This document shows, one piece after another, positions 1 through 9,102 of a stretch of DNA of 64,000 nt. A program made the position numbers and the translations under genes. The notes below the pieces were generated by a model. The model searched no databases. It was not told where the DNA came from and was given only the letters and a program-made list of their open reading frames with translations. Numbering within the stretch: position 1 is the first letter of the stretch; each line of letters begins with the position of its first letter. This DNA comes from Clostridia bacterium (GTDB lineage Bacteria; Bacillota; Clostridia; Oscillospirales; CAG-272). Location: positions 91,993-155,992 of the forward strand of contig JAGBFG010000043.1 in NCBI GenBank assembly GCA_017936565.1. Direction: 5' to 3'.

Positions 1-1007
1 ATGCGGTGACCATTTTCTGCGCTTGGGAAATGCACGTGCCTGTTGCCGTTGCTGCTATGAAGGCGGGCAAGGCGGTTGCTATGGAAGTCGGCGGCGCTTA
101 CTCCATCGACGATTGCTGGAAGCTGGTTCGCACCCAAGAGGAAACAAACGCCTATTTTATGTTCCTTGAAAACTGCTGCTACAACCGTGAGGAGCTGCTT
201 GCGCTGCGTCTTGTAAGAGAGGGGCTTTTCGGTGAAATCGTCCATTGTGACGGCGCTTATTGCCACGACCTGCGCCACGAAATTTCTTACGGTGAGGAGA
301 CGCGTCATTACCGTTTAAGAAATTATCTTTCCCGCAACTGTGATAACTATCCTACGCACGCGTTAGGTCCTATCTGTAAGATTCTGAACGTCAACAACGG
401 CAACCGTATGGTCGCGCTCTCATCCTTCGCATCCAAGGCGGCAGGGCTCAATGAGTACAACCGCCAGATGCGCGGCGAGGACCACAAGCTCGCCAAGGTT
501 AAATTTGCCCAAGGCGATATTGTGACGACCAACATTCGCTTGGCAGGCGGTGAAACCATTACCTTGACATTGGATACAACTCTGCCCCGCCCCTACTATT
601 CCCGTAACTTCAACATCAGAGGTACCCGTGGCTGCTACATAGAAAACACGCAGTCCATCGTGGTGACAGGCTGGGAAGGCGCTGAGGAAGGAACAGGCTC
701 TTGCCTGCACAACACCGCGCAATTCTTTGCCAAGTACAGTCATCCCATTTGGGACGAGTATGACAGCAAGGGCTTGAACGCAGGGCACGGCGGTATGGAC
801 TGGCAGGTGCTTCGCGCGTTTGTGGAAGGCTACAAGCAGGATCTTCCCTCTCCCATTGACGTATATGACGCTGCCGCTTGGATGTGCATCAGCGCGCTTT
901 CTGAGGCATCCATCGCCATGGGCGGCGCCGTTGTGGATATTCCCGACTTTACCTGCGGGCGCTGGATTAAGCTTCGCCCCAAGGTCGAATGGAAATACAG
1001 CCTTTAA
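1..1007 (+). CDS. Gfo/Idh/MocA-family NAD-dependent oxidoreductase, GH109-like; 5' end lies outside the window
   Basis: Frame is open from the window edge (first full codon at 3) to TAA at 1005-1007. The translated sequence resembles the C-terminal two thirds of Gfo/Idh/MocA or GH109-type enzymes. A hairpin terminator follows. Confidence 0.7.
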   Translation, partial: AVTIFCAWEMHVPVAVAAMKAGKAVAMEVGGAYSIDDCWKLVRTQEETNAYFMFLENCCYNREELLALRLVREGLFGEIVHCDGAYCHDLRHEISYGEETRHYRLRNYLSRNCDNYPTHALGPICKILNVNNGNRMVALSSFASKAAGLNEYNRQMRGEDHKLAKVKFAQGDIVTTNIRLAGGETITLTLDTTLPRPYYSRNFNIRGTRGCYIENTQSIVVTGWEGAEEGTGSCLHNTAQFFAKYSHPIWDEYDSKGLNAGHGGMDWQVLRAFVEGYKQDLPSPIDVYDAAAWMCISALSEASIAMGGAVVDIPDFTCGRWIKLRPKVEWKYSL

Positions 1008-1043
1008 TATAGCCGCGCAAGCCGATATTTACAGCTTAAAGAC

Positions 1044-1095
1044 AAAAAAGAGCACACCCTGCTTTCTGACGGAGAGCGCGGTGTGCTGCTTTTTT
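1044..1095. terminator. Bidirectional intrinsic terminator between convergent genes
   Basis: Stem agcacacc (1051-1058) pairs with ggtgtgct (1080-1087). An A-run lies to the left and a T-run (1090-1095) to the right. Confidence 0.75.
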
Positions 1096-1127
1096 ATTCA
1101 CAAAAGCGGCTTTGTCGCAAAGAGCCC

Positions 1128-1748
1128 TTAATGATAAAAATGAAAAACATCCCCCATTTCCCCCTCTATATGGAAATTGTAGATGCGCTTGCCGCAAGAG
1201 TAGCAATGCTCCCTTGGCGTTTGCATCGTGCCGCAGTGCATACAAATACATTCGCGAGGGTCGGACAAAAGAGCGGGATAAGGCAAGAACGAGTGATAGA
1301 GTATCACCTCTTTCTCCTGCAAAACCCTCTCATATTGCGGCTGGCAGGAAATGACTCTTGCTTTTTCGGGATGCTTCTCGTCGGTGATGATGGAAATTTG
1401 CAGAATGTGCACCTCACAAACGCGGCTATGCGACCTTCCCAAGGCAAGCGTGCCCTTGGCTGCCTGATAGCTGTATTTGTGCGCGATGCGCCCGATAGGT
1501 CCGAAATAGATTTTGGGCTTCTTAAAGCGGTAATCAAGGAAAGCAAACGACAGATACAGGATATACGCCCCCGAAACCGCAAGGACCGCCCAAAGAGGAA
1601 ATCGCAAAAACGCCAGGAACAAAAAGGCGGCGGGAATGAGGTATATCGCCAAGCGTATTCTTGCCTTTAAGGTGCCCTTGCGCTGCTTTTGTATGGTTTC
1701 AATGATTGCCTCGTCCCTCTCCATCAGCTGTAAAATACGGCGGTACAT
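1128..1748 (-). CDS. Hypothetical membrane protein with a C-terminal CxxC...CxxC zinc-ribbon
   Basis: 206-aa ORF with two predicted TM helices and the motif CMHCG...CYSCG. It has a strong SD (GGGAGAGAGGAAAGT-ATG) and its own consensus promoter. I preferred it over the overlapping + ORF 1083-1670, which has no such signals. Confidence 0.55.
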   Translation of the reverse strand: MYRRILQLMERDEAIIETIQKQRKGTLKARIRLAIYLIPAAFLFLAFLRFPLWAVLAVSGAYILYLSFAFLDYRFKKPKIYFGPIGRIAHKYSYQAAKGTLALGRSHSRVCEVHILQISIITDEKHPEKARVISCQPQYERVLQEKEVILYHSFLPYPALLSDPRECICMHCGTMQTPREHCYSCGKRIYNFHIEGEMGDVFHFYH

Positions 1749-1796
1749 ACTTTCCTCTCTCCCTTCTTTGCTTCTTATCTAATTCATTTCTAATTC

Positions 1797-1825
1797 ATTG
1801 TAGCATATTTTTTTCTTTTTTGCAA
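1797..1825 (-). promoter_or_regulatory. Sigma-A-type promoter for the 1128-1748 gene
   Basis: On the minus strand: TTGCAA, 17 nt, TGcTACAAT (extended -10). Confidence 0.6.
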
Positions 1826-1850
1826 TATGCGCAGAGCGCGATTTTTCCTC

Positions 1851-1879
1851 TTGTTTTTTAATGGAATCTGTGTTACAAT
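1851..1879 (+). promoter_or_regulatory. Sigma-A-type promoter for the oxidoreductase gene
   Basis: TTGTTT, 17 nt, TGtTACAAT, about 40 nt upstream of the ATG at 1918. Confidence 0.55.
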
Positions 1880-1917
1880 AAAGCATAAAAGAGAAAACCA
1901 AGCAGGGAGATATTCAT

Positions 1918-2907
1918 ATGACCTTTGGCATTATCGGCACGAATTTTATCAGCTCCAATTTTATAGCGGCTCTGCCTTATACCTCTGCGGGTGTCAGCGC
2001 TGTCTATTCCCGTCGGGAAGAAACGGGCAAGGCGTTTGCCGAAAAGCACAATCTTCCCTTCGTTTATACCGATATGGACGCCTTTCTCGCCTCGGATATC
2101 GACGCAGTTTATATCGCCTCTCCCAACTTTTTGCATAAGGAGCAAGCCATCCGCGCCCTGAAAGCAGGAAAGCACGTCTTGGTGGAAAAGCCCGCCGCCC
2201 CCTCTCTTGCCGAATGGCAGGAAATGAAGGAAGAGGCAAAAAAGGCAGGCAAGGTCTTAATGGAAGCAATGCGCCCCATTCACGCAGAGGCTTGGGAAAT
2301 TGTAAAGAACAATTTACAAAAAATAGGGAAGGTTCGCGAGGCGGTTTTAGATTATTGCCAATATTCCTCGCGCTACGACGCTTTTTTAGAGGGAACGGTC
2401 TTAAACGCCTTTAACCCCGCCTTATCCAACGCAGCACTTCTTGACATTGGCATTTATCCTATTTCTGCCGCCGTCTTTACCTTTGGAATGCCGAAGGATA
2501 TAAAGAGCCGCTCTTGCTTTTTGCCTAACGGCTTTGAATGCGGGGGAACCGTTATTCTCGGCTATGAGGGCTTTTCCGTTACCGTGACCTATTCCAAGGT
2601 GGCGCAATCCGTCACCCCCTCGCACATCATAGGCGAAAAGGGCGGTATTGTCATTGACAAGGTTTCTAACCCCCTTGCCGTTACGCTGTATACGGAAAAC
2701 GGAGCCAAAAAAGAGCCAATTCCCTTACCCCAAACCGACGCGATGGATAATATGTTTGAAGAGGTGCGGGATTTTTGCCAAGCCATAGAGGATGGGGATT
2801 TACTTCCCGCCGCCCTCTATACGGATATGTCCCTTTCTGTTATGGACGCCGTGCGAGCTGAAAACGGCATCACCTTTCCCTCGGACGAAAAAGAAAAAAA
2901 GGAGTAA
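1918..2907 (+). CDS. Gfo/Idh/MocA family oxidoreductase
   Basis: N-terminal Rossmann motif (FGIIGTNFIS) and the family signature ...EKPAAPS... SD is GGGAGA. Confidence 0.85.
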   Translation: MTFGIIGTNFISSNFIAALPYTSAGVSAVYSRREETGKAFAEKHNLPFVYTDMDAFLASDIDAVYIASPNFLHKEQAIRALKAGKHVLVEKPAAPSLAEWQEMKEEAKKAGKVLMEAMRPIHAEAWEIVKNNLQKIGKVREAVLDYCQYSSRYDAFLEGTVLNAFNPALSNAALLDIGIYPISAAVFTFGMPKDIKSRSCFLPNGFECGGTVILGYEGFSVTVTYSKVAQSVTPSHIIGEKGGIVIDKVSNPLAVTLYTENGAKKEPIPLPQTDAMDNMFEEVRDFCQAIEDGDLLPAALYTDMSLSVMDAVRAENGITFPSDEKEKKE

Positions 2908-2957
2908 CCCTGCCCTATAACTGAAATGCGGTAAAGGTTTACCCGGAAAGGAGCGTT

Positions 2958-3779
2958 ATGCCAACCAAGGAACAAAAGGCTTGTCAAAGAGCCGCCTTAT
3001 ATCTTTCTCTCATCTTCTTGGGAATGTGTCTTATAGGGCTTCTTCCCCAAGAAAGCACATGGGAACAATGCCTTTGTGACCTTCTTCTTTCTCTTTTTAT
3101 GCTTTTGCCCCTTCTTTTCTTTCGGCAGTTTGGCATTTCCTTGCTTTCTTTCCCCAAAAACGCTTGGCTTGCCCTTCCCCTTTTCTTTCTTCTCCCCTTT
3201 CTTTCGCTTTCCTTTGCGGGACTTTTCGGGCTGTTCGTTCCCCAAGCGCCAGCGCCAAGCCTTCCCCTTTGGCAGGCGCTTCTCTTTTCGGCTCTTTTAC
3301 CCGCTCTTGTAGAGGAGCTGCTGTTTCGGCATTTGCTTCTTTTTTCCTTCCGAAGCGAAAACGGGAAATACGGGGGCTCTATTCTTCTTTCCGCTTTGCT
3401 TTTTTCCCTACTGCACGCCAATTTTTATCAAATGCCATACGCTTTTGTAGCAGGGCTTTTGCTCGGCGCCGCGGCGCTTATTGGCGGCTCCGTTCTCTTG
3501 CCCTTTGTTCTTCATTTATGGAACAACCTGCTTTCCCTTTTGCTTGTTCCGCTTGTTGATTTTTGGGTTCTTTTTGCTCTTCTTGGCATTCTTTCGCTCC
3601 TTTCGCTTTCTCTCTTTTTCCTTTTGCTGCGCAAAAAGACACTCTCTTTTCCGTCCGTCCTGCAAGAAGCCGTAAAGGACAAAAAGGGCAGAAAAACGCT
3701 CCTTGCCACGGCGCTCCGCTCACCCCTTTGGCTATGCTTGGCGCTCTCACTGCTTTTGGCTGTGGCGCGTCTGCTATAA
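2958..3779 (+). CDS. CPBP-family intramembrane glutamic endopeptidase (CAAX protease/Abi-like)
   Basis: Polytopic membrane protein carrying the CPBP motifs EELLFRH, FSLLH and HLWNN. Confidence 0.8.
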   Translation: MPTKEQKACQRAALYLSLIFLGMCLIGLLPQESTWEQCLCDLLLSLFMLLPLLFFRQFGISLLSFPKNAWLALPLFFLLPFLSLSFAGLFGLFVPQAPAPSLPLWQALLFSALLPALVEELLFRHLLLFSFRSENGKYGGSILLSALLFSLLHANFYQMPYAFVAGLLLGAAALIGGSVLLPFVLHLWNNLLSLLLVPLVDFWVLFALLGILSLLSLSLFFLLLRKKTLSFPSVLQEAVKDKKGRKTLLATALRSPLWLCLALSLLLAVARLL

Positions 3780-3824
3780 AACCGATAGATAAATGTAGAA
3801 AGGAAGAGGTTTTCCTCAAAAGCT

Positions 3825-4274
3825 ATGACCGATTTTGACTATATGCAAGAGGCGCTCGCGCTGGCAAAAGAGGCGGCAGAAATGGACGAGGTGCCCGTCG
3901 GGGCGCTGATTGTGCGAAGAGGCGAGATTATTGCCCGTGCAAAAAACGAAAGAGAGCTTTCCCGCCTTGCCACGCACCACGCCGAAATTGTGGCTATTGA
4001 AGAGGCTTGCCGCGCGTTAGGCGGGTGGCGGCTGCCCGAAAGCACCCTCTACGTGACGCTTGAGCCCTGCCCTATGTGCGCGGGAGCTATCATTCACGCG
4101 AGAATTGAGCGGGTTGTTTTTGGCGCTCACGATGAAAAGAACGGCGCCTTTGGCGGGGCGTTTGATTTGTCCCAAATGCCAAACTTTTTCCGCCCCGTGA
4201 TAGAGGGCGGTGTTTGTGAAGAGGAATGCCGACAAATTCTTTCCGCATATTTCAGGCAAAAGCGGAAAAAATAA
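3825..4274 (+). CDS. tadA: tRNA adenosine(34) deaminase
   Basis: Contains the CDA zinc motifs HAEIVAI and PCPMCAGAI. Size (149 aa) is typical. Confidence 0.9.
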   Translation: MTDFDYMQEALALAKEAAEMDEVPVGALIVRRGEIIARAKNERELSRLATHHAEIVAIEEACRALGGWRLPESTLYVTLEPCPMCAGAIIHARIERVVFGAHDEKNGAFGGAFDLSQMPNFFRPVIEGGVCEEECRQILSAYFRQKRKK

Positions 4275-4278
4275 GGGT

Positions 4279-5400
4279 ATGCCTCTGATATACCATATCA
4301 TAACGGACAAAAATATAGGGGGTGCGGGGCTTTTTCTTCTGCATCTTTTAGAGCACACCGACAAGAAAGCCTTTCCTTCCTTGGTGCTTTTACCGCAGGA
4401 CAGCGCGCTTATTCCCCTCTTTTGCCGTTCAAGCATTCCCTTTTTCCCATTACACGAGGCCAAGGAAGCCTCGTTTTCTTTTTCTGATTTTTGCGCCCTG
4501 TCTTCCTTTCTGCACCGTCATCCTTGCGAACTGCTTCACGCGCACAGCTCTCTTTCCGCTAAGCTTGCCGCCCGTCTTTCCCTTTCTGTTCCCATTGTGG
4601 CGACCCGCCACTGTGATACACCTTTCCCCGCCTTTCCCTTTTCCCGTCTTTTATACCGTTTCTCAACCGACATCACGGTCTGCCCCTCGGAAAACGGGGT
4701 TTCGCGTTTAAGGCAGGCGGGCATTCCCGAGGAAAGCCTTTTCTTCATTCCAAACGGCTTTTGTCCCCAAACTCCACCGACACCCCAAGAAAAAAAGCAG
4801 GCAAGAGAGCGCCTTTCCATTCCCGAAAACGCTCTTGCTGTTGGTCTTTGCGGGCGCCTTTCTCCCATTAAGGGGCAAAGAACCCTGCTTTTGGCGGCAA
4901 AGCGTGTTTTGGCAAAGGACAAGCGTTTTTTGTTTTTGCTGCTCGGCGACGGTGAATAGCGGGAAGAGCTGCTTGCCTTGGCAGAGGCGCTTGGCATTTT
5001 GCCCTTCGTGTGCTTTTTGGGCTTTGCGGAAGACACACGCCCCTTTTATCAGGCGTTGGATATTCACCTTTCCGCTTCCCTTGGCGATGAAACGGCATCC
5101 TTGTCCTTGGCAGAGGGTATGAGCGCAGGCTTACCCACCGTAGCCTCGGATTGTCCGGGCAATATAGAACGGGTAAAGGAAGGCGGGGTGTTTTTCCCAA
5201 GGGGAGATGATGCGGCGCTTGCCGAGCGTCTGCTCCTTTTCCGAAACGATGAAAAAAGAAGCCTTTTTTCCCAAAAAGCAAGAGAAAGAGCCGCTCATCT
5301 CCCCACCTTCAAGGACACCGCAAGCGCCTACGCTGCCCTCTACCAAGGGCTTCTTACAAAAGACATCTCTTCTTTCCGAAAACCCCACTTGCGTTTTTAG
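4279..5400 (+). pseudogene. GT4-family glycosyltransferase interrupted by an in-frame TAG
   Basis: ORFs 4210-4959 and 4978-5400 share one frame. The combined sequence reads ...LLLGDGE*REELLALAEALGI...LGFAED...ASLSLAEGMSAGLPTVASD..., a continuous GT4 C-terminal Rossmann domain. TAG lies at 4957-4959. Confidence 0.65.
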
Positions 5401-5417
5401 AAAAACTGTGCTACAAT
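5389..5417 (+). promoter_or_regulatory. Sigma-A-type promoter placed to start transcription at or next to the rimM ATG
   Basis: TTGCGT, 17 nt, TGcTACAAT. The -10 ends 6 nt before the ATG at 5424, and there is no SD in between. Confidence 0.5.
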
Positions 5418-5423
5418 GGCAGT

Positions 5424-5945
5424 ATGAAAGAAAAAGAATTACTTTGCGGAAAAATCATCAACACCCACGGCGTCCGTGGCGTCGTAAAAGCAGACTCCTA
5501 CTGCGATACCCCAAAGGTGCTTGCCTCTTTGCCCAAAATCCTTTTGCCTGACGCAAAGGGAAATTTCACTATGCGGAAGGTTTTATCTGCATCGGTTGCG
5601 AAGGGCTTTGTGCTTTTGCATTTAGAGGGAATTGACACCATAGAGGCGGCAATCGCCTTGAAGGAAACCCCTATTTACGCCTTGCGTGAGGACATTCCCC
5701 TGAAAAAAGGAAGCTATTTTTTGGCGGATATTATCGGGCTTCCCGTGATAGACGCTGACACAGGGCGGCTTTACGGTCATCTTGCCGAGGTGAACCCTAT
5801 GCCCGCTTCGGATATGTACACCATAAAAACGCCCGATGGACAAGAGGTGCTGTTTCCCGCCGTCAAGGAATTTTTAGTGAAGGTTGACACGGAAAAGGGC
5901 ATCTATATCCGCCCCATCAAGGGCTTCTTTGCCGATGAAGCTTAA
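5424..5945 (+). CDS. rimM: 16S rRNA processing protein RimM
   Basis: N-terminus reads GKIINTHGVRGVVK, followed by a PRC-barrel C-terminal region. It sits immediately upstream of trmD, the conserved pairing. Confidence 0.9.
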   Translation: MKEKELLCGKIINTHGVRGVVKADSYCDTPKVLASLPKILLPDAKGNFTMRKVLSASVAKGFVLLHLEGIDTIEAAIALKETPIYALREDIPLKKGSYFLADIIGLPVIDADTGRLYGHLAEVNPMPASDMYTIKTPDGQEVLFPAVKEFLVKVDTEKGIYIRPIKGFFADEA

Positions 5946-5960
5946 AACGGAAGGTTTGCT

Positions 5961-6713
5961 ATGAAATTTGACATTATGACCTTGTTTCCCGCTATGGTGC
6001 GGGCAGTCTTGGATGAGAGCATTTTGGGGCGCGCCCAGAAGAGCGGCGCCATTGAGGTTTGCTGTCACAACATCCGCGACTACGCCTGCAACAAGCACAA
6101 CAACGTAGACGACACCCCCTTCGGCGGCGGTATGGGTATGCTGATGGCAGCGCCCCCCATCTGCCGTTGCTACGACGCTATTGTGGAAAACGCGCCGAAG
6201 GAAGAAAAGCGGCGCGTGGTATACCTTTCCCCCAAGGGCAGAATGTTCACCCAAGAGGTCGCAAAGGAATTTGCCTCTTACGACAGGTTGATTTTGCTTT
6301 GCGGGCATTATGAGGGTATCGACCAACGAGTGATTGAAGAAATCGTGGACGAAGAAATTTCCGTTGGCGATTACGTGCTCACAGGCGGGGAGCTGCCCGC
6401 CTGCCTTGTGGTGGACGCGGTTTCCCGCCTCGTTGACGGGGTGCTGGCTGACGCCGTTTGCTACGAGGAAGAAAGCATCGCAAGCGGGCTTTTGGAATAC
6501 CCCCAATACACCCGTCCCGTTTCCTTTCGAGGCAAGGAGGTACCGCCCGTTTTGCTCTCGGGGCACCACGAAAACATCCGCCGCTGGCGTTTGGAAAAGG
6601 CGTTGGAGCTGACCAAGGAAAGACGCCCTGAGTTATACGAGGCGTATATGGCAGCCCATCCGCCGAAAGAGAAAAAAGCAAGAAGGAAAAAGAAGCCGAC
6701 AGAAGAGGCTTAA
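5961..6713 (+). CDS. trmD: tRNA (guanine37-N1)-methyltransferase
   Basis: Typical TrmD sequence (MKFDIMTLFPAM..., GGGMGM, LLCGHYEGIDQRV), with a short basic C-terminal tail. Confidence 0.95.
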   Translation: MKFDIMTLFPAMVRAVLDESILGRAQKSGAIEVCCHNIRDYACNKHNNVDDTPFGGGMGMLMAAPPICRCYDAIVENAPKEEKRRVVYLSPKGRMFTQEVAKEFASYDRLILLCGHYEGIDQRVIEEIVDEEISVGDYVLTGGELPACLVVDAVSRLVDGVLADAVCYEEESIASGLLEYPQYTRPVSFRGKEVPPVLLSGHHENIRRWRLEKALELTKERRPELYEAYMAAHPPKEKKARRKKKPTEEA

Positions 6714-6814
6714 AGAAAAACCGTCTTTTTCCCGTTTTGCCTTTTTTGAATGCAAACAAAGCGTTACCTTTATGGCTCTTTGTTTTTTGCCGCTTGGCAG
6801 AAGGGAGAACACGA

Positions 6815-8032
6815 ATGACAAAGAAAGAGCGGTTATCTCCGCTTTTCATTTTTTCCCGCCTTTCCTATACGACATCTTGGCAGAATGCGACGCTCTCGCT
6901 TCTGCCCTTTCTTTTTCTTTTAAGCGTTCCCTTTTTCTCCCTCTTGCCCCACACCTCGCTTTTTCTTTTGCTTTCCTTGCTTCTTCTGCTTTTGCTCGGG
7001 TGGCTTTTTCCTTCTTCCCCCTCGCCTTCCCTGCCACGCGCGGCGTTGCTTTTTTGGGGCGTTCTGTGGGCAGGGGGTCTGTCTTCCTTTTTGCTCTGGC
7101 AGGACCTCTTTGCCTTTATGCCCGCTTTGGCTTTTTGCGCCTTTTTTCTGCCCTATCTGCTCCCTCTTTCCCAAAAGGGCTTTGTATTCGCTTACGGGGG
7201 CATCGGCGCGCTTGTGGGGGCTTTGGCTTCCCTTTCCTTTCTCTTGGGAAAAGCCCCGAAGGAATGGGTCGACCTTCGCTTGCAGGGAGAGTTTTTCGGC
7301 AGGAGTGCTGTCCTTTTCGGCAACCCCAACATTCTTGCCGCCTTCCTGCTTCCCTCTTTGGTGTTTAACCTGTATTTTTTTCTCACGGCGACCCATAAAA
7401 AAGCAAAGCTCTTCTTTCTTGTCTGCTTTCTGGGAAGTGGGGGCGGCCTTGCTGCGTCCTTTTCCCGTGGGGGATGGGTTGCTGCCCTTCTTTCCGTCCT
7501 TCTCTTTCTCTGCTTGCTTCAAAAGAGCCTTTTTCCTCTTGTCCTTTCACTTTGCATCGCCCCTGCCTTGCTTTTCTCTCTCCCTTCCCCCTTTCTTGCG
7601 CGGGTTTTATCCATTTTTTCGGGAGACAGCTCCGTTTTTTACCGCGTCTCTCTTTGGCAATCCTTGGCTTCCTTGCCGCCCTCTTTCTTTTTTTGGGGAT
7701 GCGGCGAGGGAAAAAGCGCCCTTGCCCACTTTGTTTTTCCGTATCTGAAAGCGGGGCTTGAAAGGGTGGAGCATTTGCATTCGGTCTTTTGGCATATGGG
7801 GGTGGCAAACGGCATCGGCGGACTTTTGCTCTTTCTGCTTCTTTCGGGCAAGGCGTTGCTTTCCCCTCTTCCCCAAGAGCAAAGGGGACTTTCCTTGGCT
7901 TTAAGGGCTTCTCTTCTTTCCTTGCTTCTCTTTGGTCTGTTTGACGATTTTCTGTACGCCACACAAACGGGGGTGATGTTCTTTTGGCTTTTAGGCGTAA
8001 ACTTTTCTTTACAGTCCTTGCGTTCTTCTTGA
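6815..8032 (+). CDS. O-antigen ligase (Wzy_C) family membrane protein
   Basis: Polytopic and rich in Leu, Phe and Ser. Contains SRGGW and a later H..H....G.ANGIGG region typical of O-antigen ligase-like proteins. I chose the ATG at 6815, which follows a GGGAG SD. Confidence 0.6.
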   Translation: MTKKERLSPLFIFSRLSYTTSWQNATLSLLPFLFLLSVPFFSLLPHTSLFLLLSLLLLLLLGWLFPSSPSPSLPRAALLFWGVLWAGGLSSFLLWQDLFAFMPALAFCAFFLPYLLPLSQKGFVFAYGGIGALVGALASLSFLLGKAPKEWVDLRLQGEFFGRSAVLFGNPNILAAFLLPSLVFNLYFFLTATHKKAKLFFLVCFLGSGGGLAASFSRGGWVAALLSVLLFLCLLQKSLFPLVLSLCIAPALLFSLPSPFLARVLSIFSGDSSVFYRVSLWQSLASLPPSFFFWGCGEGKSALAHFVFPYLKAGLERVEHLHSVFWHMGVANGIGGLLLFLLLSGKALLSPLPQEQRGLSLALRASLLSLLLFGLFDDFLYATQTGVMFFWLLGVNFSLQSLRSS

Positions 8033-8409
8033 TTGGTGTCCTTTTTTTAGGCTTCCTTTTCCCGAAAGCCCGTTCGCAAAGGGAAGAGGTTTTTTACACG
8101 CTCTACACCGTCACCGAAAGGGAAACCGCCCTTGCCTTCCAAGTAGGCGATATTCTTCACGATGGCGTAAGCAAGGCAAGCCTTGGGCGGCTGACGGGGG
8201 TGGAAATTTCCCCTGCCTACACCGAAAGCAAGAGTGGCGTAAGAGAGAGCGACAAGGTAACGCTCAGGCTTTTTCTCTCTGCCGAGGCGGATAAAAAGGG
8301 AGATAGCTATTTTTTAGGCAGCATTCCCTTAAAGGCGGGGCAAGCCTTTGCCGTTCACGGAAAAGGGGCTTGTGAGGCTTTTTTCTTAGCCTTTTCTTCT
8401 GCCCCTTGA
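7984..8409 (+). CDS. Hypothetical N-terminally anchored protein (DUF4330-like)
   Basis: TTG start preceded by GGGGGTGA. One TM helix is followed by a beta-rich domain. The start overlaps the upstream gene by 49 nt and is uncertain. Confidence 0.45.
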   Translation: MAFRRKLFFTVLAFFLIGVLFLGFLFPKARSQREEVFYTLYTVTERETALAFQVGDILHDGVSKASLGRLTGVEISPAYTESKSGVRESDKVTLRLFLSAEADKKGDSYFLGSIPLKAGQAFAVHGKGACEAFFLAFSSAP

Positions 8410-8456
8410 TTGCCGCAAAAGTGTACGCCCCTACAAAAACAGAGAGGTGAAAACCG

Positions 8457-8897
8457 ATGAAACGATTTTGGAAAAGCAAATGGATAGCCTGCCCCATCGC
8501 CTGCCTTTTGTCCTTGCTGGTGGTAGGACGGTTTTATATGAACGGTCCCGCCAAGACGCCAACACAGGCAGAGGTCATCGTTAAGGCGGAGCAAATCGAT
8601 AATCCTCTGGCGCTTGCCTTGTGGGAAGAAATACAGGGCGCGAGCCGCGCCTCTCTTTATTCATCAGAGGGGAGCCTTTCTGCCCTTTCTCTTTCCCCCT
8701 CGGTGATACAGGAAAGGGATAGCGCCTTCTCTTCCTCGCTCTGCTCCGACATTTCCGTTTCCCTCTCTTTGCCGTTATCCCTGCGGGATGGGTGCTTTTA
8801 TGCCGAGGGAAGCTACCTTGCTGTCGGTCAGACGGTGACGCTTATAGGACAGTCCTTCGTTTTGGAAGGGAGAATTTTGCAGATTTCCCCCTCATAA
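8457..8897 (+). CDS. Hypothetical N-terminally anchored protein (DUF4330-like; architecture matches 7984-8409)
   Basis: SD GAGAGGTGA precedes the ATG. One TM helix, and a C-terminal ...VGQTVTLIGQSFVLEGRILQI motif. Confidence 0.5.
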   Translation: MKRFWKSKWIACPIACLLSLLVVGRFYMNGPAKTPTQAEVIVKAEQIDNPLALALWEEIQGASRASLYSSEGSLSALSLSPSVIQERDSAFSSSLCSDISVSLSLPLSLRDGCFYAEGSYLAVGQTVTLIGQSFVLEGRILQISPS

Positions 8898-8970
8898 CCC
8901 GTTTTTTTCCACAAAAACACAAAAAAACACGGTTTTTTCAAAAAACTTTTACTTTTTTTCAAAAAAACTA

Positions 8971-8999
8971 TTGATTTTATATTTCTTTTTTGCTATACT
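8971..8999 (+). promoter_or_regulatory. Sigma-A-type promoter for ptsH
   Basis: TTGATT, 17 nt, TGcTATACT. Confidence 0.6.
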
Positions 9000-9102
9000 A
9001 ACATCTATAAAAGAGATTTCCGTGTCGTAGTATAGGCTTTATATGAGCCCCGACGCCAAGAAAGGATGCTTCTCAAAGCAGAGAGAGGTAAAGGTTAAGT
9101 GT

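Noticed and set aside
1083-1670. The + strand 195-aa ORF overlapping the 1128-1748 minus-strand gene.
   Set aside because: It has no promoter or SD and would begin inside the upstream terminator. The minus-strand ORF has a consensus promoter, a strong SD, TM helices and a zinc-ribbon motif.
4957-4959. Reading the in-frame TAG in the glycosyltransferase as pyrrolysine or programmed read-through, and taking the TAG and TAA together as stop-codon reassignment.
   Set aside because: Many genes in the window end normally at TAA or TAG with sensible C-termini. No pyl genes or recoding signals are visible. A single-nucleotide nonsense change from GAG is the simpler explanation.
6846-7964. Lys/Arg/Glu/Gly-rich ORFs on the minus strand (6920-7522, 7383-7964, and also 2984-3421), together with CTT/TTC-rich low-complexity sequence that superficially looks repetitive.
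   Set aside because: They are the reverse complement of membrane-protein genes rich in Leu, Phe and Ser (the O-antigen-ligase-like and CPBP protease genes). There is no unit periodicity or spacer structure, so this is not a CRISPR array or a tandem repeat.
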